Positions 14,147 to 25,900 of a stretch of 64,000 bases of DNA are shown here, piece by piece. Every line of letters starts with the position of its first letter. Within the stretch, counting starts at the first letter, position 1. Source of the stretch: Raillietiella orientalis (lineage: Eukaryota); the NCBI GenBank assembly GCA_036172245.1, contig JAYWIR010000016.1, positions 2,976,001 to 3,040,000 of the forward strand, in the 5' to 3' direction. The notes below the pieces were generated by a model. The model was not told the DNA's origin. It saw only the letters and a program-made list of their open reading frames with translations, and ran no database searches. Position numbers and translations under genes: made by a program.

Positions 14147-14365
14147 GTCTTCAACTGGTTCGTCGAACTCCAGAACGCTTCCGAACTGCTGCTCGCACGA
14201 GGTGGCGATGGCAGCGCCAGCAGCGACGAGGAATTCCACGACTGCCGGGAGGAACCGTTCGACAGCCTGGAGTCCCTGCCTCACTCTCTCGCCCTCCTGC
14301 GTCAGCTCTGGCACTGTCTGGAGCAGTCGTTCGAGTCCAGGAGGCACTGCGACTGGCTCCGCGAC
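14147..14365 (+). CDS. Putative coding exon (VFNWFVELQ...SSDEEFHDCREE...LRQLWHCLEQ), possibly an upstream exon of the Rab3GAP1-like gene
   Basis: tttcag acceptor and gtaagg donor, phase 0-0, protein-like composition, acidic FFAT-like motif. The link to the downstream exons is not demonstrated. Confidence 0.45.
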
Positions 14366-15746
14366 GTAAGGCACCTCCCACCCTCGTGGAGCGGCTTTTT
14401 TGGGGATGCTGGGTCCTTCCGGGCCTTCTTGTCCCCCTTCCCTCTCTCTCCCGCACACTTCTCCGCGGCGGCTCGCGGGGGAGGGAATGGCGCAAGAGAA
14501 AGTGCTGCTCCCTGGAGCTTCCTTCCGCAAGCCGTCTTGCCCTTCGTCCTGGTGTGCAGCCCGGCAGCCGTCCTCTCAGGCTCTCCTTCTGCATCTCGAA
14601 ATTGTGCTGTTGCCGTCGGTCGGACCGACGTCTGCGGTTGCCGGTTCGGGCGCTCTCCAGTAGGCGCGCAGCGACGGCGTCCCATCTCCCTTCCCGGATG
14701 CTCTCTATGTGCGTGTGCGCGCGCGGAGCAGGATGCGGCGAGCACTGGCTCCGGCTCCCGGGAACGCCTTGAAGAGACGGCGGCGCGGGACTGCCGTGCG
14801 AAACGCGCGAGCCCCTGCACCTCCCGCGCGGTAGGTGAGGTGGGGGGGGGGGGGGGGGGGTCGAGATATCCACGTGTCCGCTAGGAAATTGACGCGCCTT
14901 GTTCTCGTTCCCTTCCTAAGATTCGTCGAGTGCAGAATCTTCTTGCGGGTCCCTTCCCTGGATCGCAGAACACCTGGCGTTACGGAAGCAGCTAAGCCGG
15001 CCTTCCTCCTTGGTATCTTTTGCGCGCATCTCCACGCTTCCATCCTTGCGCCTCCGACCGCGTCCATAGGAGACCCCATGGCATCGTAAAAGCGAGTTTG
15101 TAACCTCCCTGCCCCCCCCCCCTTCACTCCCTCCTTCCCTTCCTGGAGGGCGGTTATCATAGACGCTCGTCAAAGAACGACATCTGCTGCTGGTGGGAGC
15201 GCGAGGAAGAGACCTTCCACGTTCCCATGCAGCAGCCACCTGGACCATGTGCGTGGATGCGCACTCGGAGGGACTTTTTTGTCTCCCGCTCTGTGCATCC
15301 GAGCTCCTTCGTTCCGGGCGGGGGCGGTTCGTCTCCATGACCACCGAAGTCTCGCCACTCACGACGAAGAGGGGTCCGCTCCATCCTCGGCACTACACGC
15401 CGGGTTCGACTGGAAGCGTCAGCGAGCGGCTCCGTGCATCGCGAGATCTGGAGGTGGCGGGAATGTGTGGAAGCTGCTTATCGGGAGCATCCTCTCCGCG
15501 TTCCGAGGAGCGTCCGTCCGTCTTCACCTCCTCGTGCTCGAAGGCGGGTTCGTCCGGGCCCACGAGGCTCTTTCGGTCCGCTCCCTCCGGAGCCTCCTCC
15601 TCTCCCTAAGCTCGCTCGCGGACACCGTTCGGGAACTTAGTGGGTACTTTTCCGGGGGTCCCCCCTTGCACCCTTTCTTCACGGCGGGGTGCGGCGAGTG
15701 TCCTCCTCCTCCCACGTCCCATGCCCACACAAACTTTCCACTGCAG

Positions 15747-16805
15747 ATCCGAACGCTGGAAAACGTGACCACCGAGGTGGACCTCGCTTCCCGTCAGATC
15801 TTCGTGTCCCTGGTCCTCGTCATGGAAACGTTCATGGTAAAGGACGGGAGCGAGGCGCTAGGCAAGGGCCGCGCGCTAAAGAGCGGCCCGTCGCGTTTCC
15901 TTGCAGAGGCGCAGCGTGGGGCCCGTGAGCTTCCACGAGTTATCTCGGCTGCTTCGCATCCGGTTTCGCCCGTCAGGAGCGGAGATTGTGGTCCTGGACG
16001 AGTCTGGTTCGAGGCAGGTGAGCGACTCCTTCAAACCAGGGGATGGGAAGGTTCCCGCTGCTGTCCCAGCAGTCCATACTCGTCATAGCGCCCACGAAGA
16101 AGGCGGAGCGGCTGCTGAATCATTTCTTCCACCTATCCCTTTCTTCCCTCGCCTCGTGCCTCCTACCCGTGCTTTTGGATCATTCTCTTTCGCTCCTGTC
16201 TTTCAAGAAGGACTTCGTCTCCGAGGAGAATCAAGATGGCGTCGAAGCGGAGGTGCCGTTAAGTTTGCCGCGCTCTACCCCTTCCTCCCCAGCACGCCCC
16301 TTTTTCTTCCAGAGGCTTTTGCAGCTTCTGGAACAGAAGGAAGTGGTTTATTCGGCGACCTTCTCCATCCAGGCGAAGCTGCTCGAGATCAACAGGAGGC
16401 TGTCGGATCTCGTCGACATCGAAAGGATCCGGGACGTGTCCTACAAGCTGGCTACGGGGGAAACCGTCCTTCTTCGTGACCCCACGGATTGCGACCTCGG
16501 CAAGCTGTTCCAGGAACTGTTTGCCCGGGAGGGTCTCGCGGAGGTAATGCCGGCGCGCGGTCGATCTGTAGGCACGCGCGAACGTCGCATTGCAGCAACC
16601 GGACCCTCATCCGGTGGCGTTCGACAGCACTTCCAGGCTCCGGCCCTTCGGCAGCTACCCCTTTCCCAAACCCGCCCTGAAAGAGTACATCATGCACTAC
16701 TCATCAGAGGATGCCCAGAAGCTGCCCCAGCGAGTGTACTGGTCCTTGAGGGGAGGGATGCTGCGTTTCGGGACCTCCTCCACGGAAAGTCTGGCGTCCG
16801 ACTGA
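15747..16805 (+). CDS. Rab3GAP1: Divergent Rab3 GTPase-activating protein catalytic subunit-like protein, C-terminal part. Exons 15747-15836, 15907-16017, 16070/16073-16252, 16313-16543, 16596-16805; 5' end undefined.
   Basis: Four phase-0 GT-AG introns. The spliced product is collinear with recalled Rab3GAP1 blocks: TKKAERLL..LASCLLP vs TREAEKVL..LARHLLP; SIQAKL vs SLKAKF; GKLFQELF vs GRIIHKLF; FPKPALKEYI..LPQRVY..L....RF vs FPPPAGREFI..LPQRMY..L....RL. AATAAA follows the stop. Confidence 0.7.
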
Positions 16806-16915
16806 AGGATTCCCCGTCCTCTTCGAGTCGCCACCATCGCCCGGCCGCCAGGCGGACCTCCGGACGAGCCGCATGGTCCCTGGCTGCTTCGGAGAAATTC
16901 TTTTCTACGTCGACC

Positions 16916-16921
16916 AATAAA
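16916..16921 (+). terminator. Polyadenylation signal of the Rab3GAP1-like gene
   Basis: AATAAA about 110 nt after the TGA at 16803-16805. Confidence 0.6.
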
Positions 16922-19900
16922 CGGTGCTGCTGGAAGCATCGAGAGCTCTTGTGACCCCTTGTCGGGCGATGGGGCGCCTGGGAACCTCCGGGCGCAGAGG
17001 AAGCGGCCGCACGAGAGGTCGCGGGTCGATCCCAGGTGGTCAAGTCGCTGTACCGGGGTTTTCGTGTCCTGGTCCCTGCCTGGACGCGCGCGCGACGAGG
17101 ACTTGCTCACACGCGCCCCTTCCCTCCTTCCCTCCCTGCAGGTACGCGAGCCTGTCTGCCTGCCCTCTTGCGCGGGAGCAGGCGAGCTCCTGCGGCGGCG
17201 GCGCAGGCGCCTCGCTGCGTGTTCCTTTTCGATGGCGTCGGTACCTGCATGCGTGGCGTAGGCTCGTGAAGCGCCTTCTCTCCACCTCCACCCCCTGCCC
17301 CTCCCCCTCTCAAGGACCGGATTCTTTGCGTTGCCCTTGGTTGTGCGCCTGCTTCCCGACGCTGATTGACATCCGTCAGTGCCAAGTGCTGCGCCTCTTT
17401 GCCGCCGCCGCGCACGCTGCGTTCCAAGTGGCACCCGATCCATCACGCGCGGGCGTTTTCTTTCGGCGCTGCCTTTTTTTTTTTTTTGCGCGACAACCCG
17501 TAAAAGAGCGAGTCGTTCGTTCTCCTCCCCCTCCGCGCGCACCAGACCTCAGGAACCGCTGGATGGGGGGGGGGGACGATCGGGTGCTCCTCGCTTTTCC
17601 TTTCAGACTTGCGCGCGCACCTCGCACTCTCGAACAAGGCGCTCCCGTTGGGCGTCGCCGCCGCGCGAGTCCTGGCGCATCTTTTTGCCCGGCGGCGGGA
17701 AAGGAGAGGGATGACCGGGTCCTCCCGGCCGGTTCAAAGGAGGAGGCGTTCCGCGACCGACCGGAACGGCGGCGGCAGGGTCGTTGCCGCTGCTGCAGGT
17801 CAGCCTCCTCCTCCTTTTCCCTGAGGGCTTAAAGTAAAGGCGACAGCGTCTTCTGCGTGCGTGGGGTGTACTGCAGGGAGGCTCCTCCGGCCGAGAAGCT
17901 GCCTCGGTAGCTGGCTGCATGCATCCCCCTCCATTCGCACTCCTCATCCGGGAGCCGCTCTCCCCCGCTCGCGCCTCCTCCGCGCCTCCTTTCGGGAGTC
18001 TTGGGAAGGGGAGGGGGGGAGAGAGAGGGAAAAGAGGCGCTTCGTGCCAGTTTTCCGGCAGTTTCGGCGCGGCCTTTTCCGTGCTCCCTTCTCTCTTCGC
18101 CTGCTCCCGGCCTCCTTTCCTCCAGGAATCCTCTCGCCCCCGCCTGCTTCTACCGGTCATTGCACGGGAGATGAAGCACTCCCCGGGGGAATTTCCCATT
18201 GATGACGTCACCTGACACTTATGGCTCGCCTCCGGACGCTGCGTTTTTCTCCCCTGTGCGCGCGGAGAGCGGCAGGGGCCACTGCACGCCCCATTCTTGT
18301 CGGGAAGCCGGCGGTATTTCGCGCGCCGAGCGTTCCCCCTCCGCCCCTTTCGAGGGGGTTTGGAGGGGTGAGACGGCGACAGAGACCCCCACGACCGCAC
18401 CTGCGCTTTTCGCCGGCCGCCTTTCAGCGAGCGCAGCGTCCGCCTATTCGTAATGGGAAGATGGATTGGCGACGACCCGACCGAGATCGCGGCCCCAGCC
18501 CCGACGGAGGGGAGGGGTCAATTTATCCCCTCTCCTCTTCCTCCTTCCACGCCTGTCTTGCTGGCTTCACTCCCCGCCCCCTCGTCATCCCATCCCGGCT
18601 AGCGTCGCCCCGTCTCCTGGCCAGGCCTGTTCTGCTCTTCTTCGGCGAGGTCTCGTGACTCCTGCTAGCTCCCTTCCCTCGTGTGCGTTCCTCCCCTTTC
18701 CCCTCTTCCACCCCAGTCCACAGTCTCGGGATTCCTTCAGCTCGTTTCCCGGCTCCGCGCTGCGGTGCGCGCGCAGGTTCGGTTGTCCCGGACGTCTCCT
18801 ACTCAGGCGCGTTTTTTTTTTCCTACGGCGTCGCCTTAATCGCTGCGTTCTTCTCTACGAGTGGTGGCGACCGTGGGGCCTTCGCGGACGCCATGCGCGC
18901 TCCTGTGCTTTGCCTGGCCCGGAGGCTGTCTGCAGGCGGTCTCGGGTGATATCGGGAAAGGATTTTTTTCCCTTTGACTCAGGTATGGGTCTTCCCCCCG
19001 GAACACGGTCCGGGAAGAAATCGAAGGGTTTAGACCTCTTCCTCCCGCAAGAACCCCCCCATGGATGCCTACTGAGACCCGAAGGGAAAAGAGGGGGAGT
19101 GGCTGCACTGGGTCCAGCTGTCCCTCGTGGTGAAGCCGCCATTTCCCTAGCCCTTCCGGGCGCTTCCAAGTCTTTGATAACCGGGTGACGGGAGAGCGCC
19201 CTTTCTCCAGCTTCCCGCTCTCAGGATCTTGTCTTCCTCCCTCCCTTGCCACCTTCCTGCCTACACCTGGGGGAAGGAGAAGGAGACAAAAGCCCTTCTT
19301 TGCAAGTATCCAGGGTCATAGATGAACCCCAGGACGTCTCCGCAGCGAGCAGGTCGCTCCTCATGACCGACGGCGAATGTTCTCCCGAGCTGACACGCTC
19401 GACCTCCTGAGTCACTCGTCAAATGGCTTCTCTCGGACCGAAAGGATTCGGAAAGGCCTCTTGCCGCTGCCTCCGGCACTCCTCTCCGGAAAGTCCCCCG
19501 GGGTCTCTCCCGTGGGGGTGGCGACCTCGCAGCATCTCCACCTGGAGGCTCTCTGCAGTCGGTCGCGGTAGCGGGCTTCAGAGAGTCATCTTCAGCCTCC
19601 AGGAGCAGGAGCGGCGAGAGCTAGGGGCTGATCCGCTGATGCACTCTCTCCAGGGAGATGTCGCCACGCGATCCTCCTTGGCTTGCTGCTTGCCTTCTTC
19701 CTCCCCTCATGGTCTCCTTGACGCCACATCTCCCTCTGTTCCTCTTCTCCTCTTCCCCATCTCCTTTCCTACCCTTTTCCTGTGGACGGATTGACACCCT
19801 TATGACATTTCCCTCGAGAGCCGGGGCGCCGGTGGGTGTGCTCACCCAGGATGGAGCAGCGTTCTCCTCTCGGCAACGGCTGCCCTCTCGCCTCACTGCC

Positions 19901-21501
19901 CCGCCGGGCTCAAACGCATGGTATCCTGAGATCTCGATTTATGGGGAGTCCTCGATCCTGGAACCCTCAGGATGCCTCTGGCTGCCTTCCCGTGCAACTC
20001 CCGGACGTACCCTACGGCGTTGCTCCTCCCACGTCCGCGGCTCTCCCTCCGGCTGCCTCGGGTTCCTCCCGTTCCCGGGATGGGACTCTGCGCGGGATGA
20101 GCCAGCCGTCTTCTGCATTGTCCACGGATCGTCGTTTCTTCTCCTCCTCTTCCCTTTTCTTTCCCCCTGGTTTCGCATTTCCCCTTTCATCCCAATGGGA
20201 GTCCCGTAGCTCCTGCGAACGGGTTTCCAGGAGTTTCCCGCTTACCGCCCTTGGTTGTCGTTGCGCGAGGGGCTCTCAGGTCCGGGAGCACCTCTTTCTC
20301 GGAAGACCGGGGAACCCTGGCTGGACCCTCCAAGTTGAAGGTTTGGTCGGCGCTGGGGTCTGCGGTGACATCATTCCCTCGGTCCCCTCTCGCTGGAGCA
20401 GCCCCGGCCTCACTGCGCCGATCCTCCTTGGTCCCGACCTCCGCCAGAGGACGCGCCGACGAACGCAGCTCCTCTCGCGCGGGGGACACCCGTGAAATCC
20501 CGTAGGGGCTCCTCCGGCTCTCTCTCCCGCCTTTCCCTCTTCCGTCCCCCTCCCGCGCCTCGGATCCCACCATCCATCCGCCTCCCGCTTTCCCGCCTTC
20601 CGGCGGAGATCGCTCCAACCTCCTCTCCTCTTCTCGTCTGCCTTGCCGCTCTCGGAGATTCGCTCAGCATGACAGCGGGCACGAGGGCTTCCCCTCCTCC
20701 TCCTCGACCCATCCTCCAGAGGAAGCTCCAGGGAAGGATCCTGCGCCCGCGCCACTCGTCTCCCCCGAACCGGCTGCCCTACAGCCTGCGCGTGTTCTGG
20801 GCGATTGGCCCCCTCTTCCCGTAAGGCAGAAGCTCCCCCTGCCCATGAAGGTACGAGAAGGATCGGGGAAAAGGGACGTTCCGAGTCGCTGTGGCAACAG
20901 CGACTGCGCTGACAACTGCGTCCCCTCCCTCCTCCTCCTCCTCCCTCTCTTTCCCTTCCCAGCACTTTTCCCGAGGTCGCGTGTGCCGCTGCCAGCGGGC
21001 ATCTCTGCCGAAACGGGAGCGAAGGGCTTCCCATCCATTCCCTTTTCCCTCCGCCACCCGCGTTCCCGTTTTCTCCCTCCTCTTTCCTTCCACATTCTTG
21101 GCCATGATCCCGAAAGCCCTCCTCCTCCCGGGAGAGTGCGCGCCCTCCTACGGCGCCCCCTCACTGATCGTGGAGGACCGATCATGGCCGGGAAGAGGTG
21201 TCCGAGAGAGGATCCTGCCGTCCCCCACCACGCCATCCTCCCTCTCCCTCTCCCGCAGGTTCCCGAAGGAGGAAGAAAGCGTCATGGGAGTTGTCCTGGA
21301 CGGGAGGTGGCGGTCACCTGGTCTCTTTCTCCTCCCCCTCCTTCGGAGGGGCGCGCGCGTCCCGGAGGTGGCGGTAAGTCCCTCGGAACAGGTCCCCTGC
21401 CGTCTCCCATTCCGCTTCCATCCCTTTCATTACTCTCCCTCTCTTCTCTTCCCTTCTCTTCGATGCGCGCCTCCTGGCCGCGGTCCAAGCGGGCATCCCG
21501 T

Positions 21502-21568
21502 CAGATGGTGCCTTATAAAGCGATCTACAGAAATAGACCCGACGCACTCCCGGACGGTTTAAAAATAC
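21502..21568 (+). promoter_or_regulatory. Candidate muscle-type promoter/enhancer upstream of obscurin
   Basis: E-box CAGATG (21502), CArG/TATA-like CCTTATAAAG (21511) and MEF2-like TTAAAAATAC (21559) form an AT-rich island in GC-rich DNA about 1.4 kb upstream of the ATG. The last two motifs are imperfect. Confidence 0.3.
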
Positions 21569-22951
21569 GGGATGGGCGCGCGCGCGCCTTCCTGGATTCG
21601 GCCGTGAGGGGAGGAGGCGGTTCCGCGCCTCGCGCCGCCGTCTCCGCGTTACCCGGGTGGCCCGAAGGCCCCGCCCGGCCTCCTCCCTTTCCGGTCCTAC
21701 CCTCCGGTCTCCGCGGGAACGCGCTCGAGCGGCGGCCACTCGGATGTTCCGCCCCGCTCCTCGAGTCCCCGGGGCGTCCGGGAGCGGACGGCGCGCTCTC
21801 CCTCCCGCCCATCGTGCCCTTCCCCGGTGGGCACTCGCTGCTGACCGTGGGCTCTCGCGACTCCGCACCAAAATAAACACTGCCTATCGAGGCCGTCCCA
21901 GTTTCCCCCGCCTGCCGGAGTAGGTGAATGTTGGGGCGGACAGGCGGGAAGGGGGGAGGGAAGCGGGACGGCAGTGTGCTCGCGGAGGTACAAGGTCTCC
22001 GAGGAGGATGAGCCGTTCCCAAAATACCCGCTCTGTGACGCAGGAAGAACGCCCTCGCGCTCCCTCCATCCCGGCCCAGCGCGATCGCTGCCGCCGCCTT
22101 CCCGCAGTGTGCGACGGCGGCCGCTGCGTGGAGGCTGAGAGGTGAGCGACTTCCCTCCTTCTCTTACCACTGCATCCTTTCCGCTGTTCGAATGGGAGGG
22201 GGAGGAAGACCCGCATGCTTCCGGGAGGTCCTGCGCAGCAGTCCCTGGATCTTTGCTCCCCCCGCTGCTGAGAGCCGACGGGTCGGTGCTCCTCGCCAGC
22301 CCTTCGGCTCTCTTCCTTCTCGCCCCGGACACGGTGTGCTTCTGAATCTTCTCGAGAAGGGGGGGGCGAGAAGAAGGGGGGAAGGAGACCCCGGGGTCCT
22401 TCTCAGGAGACGGGTGTCACTCCTGCTACTCCCCTCGCGGAGGACCTCCCGTTACCTCTTCGTCATCGAAGGGGTCTCTCTCCGTCCTCCTCCGAGGCGA
22501 ACTCACCTTCCCATCGCCCGCCACAGGGAAGGCAACCTCTGTTGCCGCTTCCTTCCGAGTAGCCTTGGGCGTGGTTCAGAAACGCTCGCCTCCGGGTCAT
22601 GGAAAGAGGAAAGTGGTTCTCTCGAGGAAGAGGAGGGGGAGGCCTCGGTCGGAACCTCTCGCCGCAGTGTAGAGGATCGCTCTCTCTTCCTCTTCCCCTT
22701 GCTCATCCTCAGGAGGGGGGGAGGAGGCGGGTGGAACGCTTTTCACCGATTGCCTTCTCCCGAAATCTTTCGGGGTCAATCCCGAGAAGGGAGGGCGACC
22801 CCTTGCGCGATGCGAGCCGCCCCCTGATCATCGGGAGCAAGATTTTCTCCTCCCCCGGCACCCTTCTTGCTACTGGGGGGACCGACCCTGACCGCCGTGA
22901 CCTCAGTCGCCCCAATCCTTGCCTCTTACGGTGTGTTCCAGGTAGCGAAGG

Positions 22952-25900
22952 ATGTCACTGAGCGCCCGTTCGTACCATTCGTCGTATTCCGAGATGAGGA
23001 AGGAAGGTAGGAGCAGTGGTGACAGACCCCCCCTAGGATCCCACTCCCATCCTGGTCATCGAGGAAGTCCCTTCCCTCTTCCCTCCCCACGTTCGACACC
23101 ATATCTCCGCCCAACGGATCGCCCGAGGATCCTTCGTTCCTTCTGGGAGCGAGATGCTAGAGGAAAAACCCGTCCGGGCAGGAGTGGGGGCGGTGAGGGT
23201 GGACGCTCCTTGAGGGTGGACGCTCCTAGGAAACGGGAAGGTGTGGGAGGAAGGGCAAAAAGTGTGCCGCTGGACTTAGGAACACTTCCAGCGCCACGTG
23301 AACGTTAGGCCGCATCCCCCGCCCCTCCACCGTCTCTGTGGCACGATCCCTGTCCTCAGGAGGAGGAGCAAAGGAAGACGATCGGGACGACCCCCCAGGA
23401 TATTCCCCTCCTTCCGATCCCCCCACTCTCGAGCTTTGCTGTGGTCCGCCCCTTCCTGCAGCCTTCCTCAGCCCATGGAAGCAGCCGTCGAGGGATTTCT
23501 CGGGTTCCTCCTCCTCCTACGCCGTTCCTCCCACGCTCCCGCCCCAGAAACAGTCCTGCCCCAAGCGAGTTCGTCCCTAGCAACCCCCTTTGCGTCCCCC
23601 AGAAATGAGAGAGGCGGTGCTTCCCAGACAGAATGACCACTCTCGTCCTTTCCCAGCGTCTTCCTCCAGGTTCAGAACGCTGCTCGTGAGATTCCCATCT
23701 CCCCAGCTGACAACGATGCTACACGCTCATTCCCCCCCCCCCTTCCTCCAACGATTCTTTCCCATGTCCTTCCGTCTTCCCTCTTTCGCGCGTACGAAGA
23801 ACCAGAGGTAGAAAGCTCAGTTTCTGTGGTTCCCGGAGGATCCCGGGATTCGGGAAGGAAGAAGGAGCGCCTACTAGGACCCAGAGCTCTTCCTGTCATC
23901 TCTCCCCTTCAAGAAAGGGGCGCCGCAGCAGTCCGAAACGGAAGTGTGGAGCGACGGTAGCCCACCTCTCCTCGTGCCTCTTGTCGTTCGCCTCCTCCCC
24001 TCCCTCTCCCTTCCCCTTCCTTCGGAACTCCACGCGAAAGTACTCCATTTTTTATGCCGCAGGCTTTCTGGAGGAGCTCAGCCACCGCCTGGGGCACGGG
24101 TATGACTTCCGGGACTCGTCGTCCGGAGGAAGTTTGCTGACCCCCGGAGCGGCCTATTCCCATTCTCAGCACCAGCGCTACTCCTCCTCCTCTTCTTCAT
24201 CTTCCTTCCGCCAGCAGCAGCAGCAGCAGCGCCATCTTCTGGAGGAGGAAGGGAGATTTTCCCACAGCCGGGTGAGTGTGCGCCCGGGGGCGCGCGGCAA
24301 ACCCTCTGGGAAGCGGACGGGGACGGCGAAGAAGAACGTGGAACTGCTCGCGGCCTCCTCGTCCCGCTCTCCCTTCCCATCACCTCCTCCTGCGGACCGC
24401 GCGACCAGGGAAAGCGCGTCCCTGCGGTGTCGCCTCCTGCAGGAACGGCGCTTCCCAGGAGGTCCGCCAGTCCAGATCCCCTTTGCTTTCCTTCCTCTCG
24501 TGCTGCCAGCGCGGGAAAAGGCCGGCGGGGAAGAGGAAGGGGATCTCTCACGGGACCTTCGGGGAAGCTCCCTCAGGAAGCTCACGCCAGCTTTCACTCC
24601 CCGCGTCCGGAACGAAGGCGAGATCGTGCGTCCCTCCCTCGTCCTGGTCAGGAGGGAAGACAAGAAGGGGGCAGACCCGGAATCGCGGGGTCTCCTTCCT
24701 CCCCTGGAAGGAAGGACGCTCTCCTGGAAAGCAAGAGAATTCTCCGCAACCAGGGACGGAGTGGGGAAGAGGAAGAGGATCCGTTGACGGGTCTGTCCCC
24801 ATCCCTCGCGTAGGCAACCATCGTGGGTGCACCCCCGGGCGTCCTTGCATGCCCCGCGCGCCCTCCGGAAAACTCCTCGCCCCTGCCGAGGTTCCGCATC
24901 CTCCGTCCCCAAGTCCCCCCTTCTTTCTTCACCCTTTCCTTCCCCCTCCCCGGCGCCTCCCGTTCATCCTCCGGTGAATCTGAGGTCGTTGTGGCCTGCG
25001 GCCAAAAGACTGTGGATCTCCCCATCCTCTCATACCCTTCCCCGCAGCGCCTGGAGGTCGCGCGCTCCCTTCCGCAGCAACCTGTCCAGGGGGACCCTCC
25101 CCTCCAGCAGAAGCAGATGGGCAAGGATGGCCTATTCCGTCGGAACGCTCATCTCTCCTCCTCAGCTGGAGAGCAGCCTCCTGGACCACCAGTCGGAAAG
25201 GATCTTCTCGCACTCCGGCAGCTCCGGACGCTTCCTACGGGACGGCGGCTACGACGCGCAGGACGTCGGCGGGTGAGCGTCAAGGAAGGGACTCTTCCCT
25301 CCTCCCTTTCTGCTTGTTCCCAGCCGCCTGCTTTTCTCCCCTTTTCAGAAGGAGGACGAAGAGGAGTCCAGAGATGGCCTCGAGGGCGTCCGAGGAAAAA
25401 GTCTTCTCCAAGGAGACGTCCCGCCACGCGGCTGGCGTCCGCGCAGCCGCGGGTGGACATTCGGAAAGGTTTGACATCCAGACGGAGGGCTCGGAGGATT
25501 GGTGAGTGCGGGAGGGGGCGCGAAGACCTTCCCCCTTTCTCCCCGATCTCTTCTTCCTCCTCTGACGGAGTCCTTCCTTCAGAGGGCATGCTGGAGAAGG
25601 TCGAACAAGAATGCGGGAGGGGGGTAGGGGGAGGCAAGATTTATTCGCAGGGCGGAGGGGTCGGGGAGGAAGGATCTGCGTCGGGAAGCGGGAGAAGTCG
25701 AAGTGAAGCAAAAGTTGCTCCCGCTCCCCATTTCCGTAACGGAACGTTTCCTTAACGTGCTTCCCTCTTCCAGGTTCCTGACTTCCCCGCGCTCCCCTGG
25801 GTCGGAGAGCAGCGACAGCCTGCGCCAGGTTCGGACACCGTCCCTGGCCGCGTCCTCCCGCGTCCTCGAGGAGGACCTGACACATCCCTTCCCGCAGGCA

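Noticed and set aside
17000..22900. Many ORFs on both strands
   Set aside because: Low-complexity CT/GA tracts; no coherent gene model could be built.
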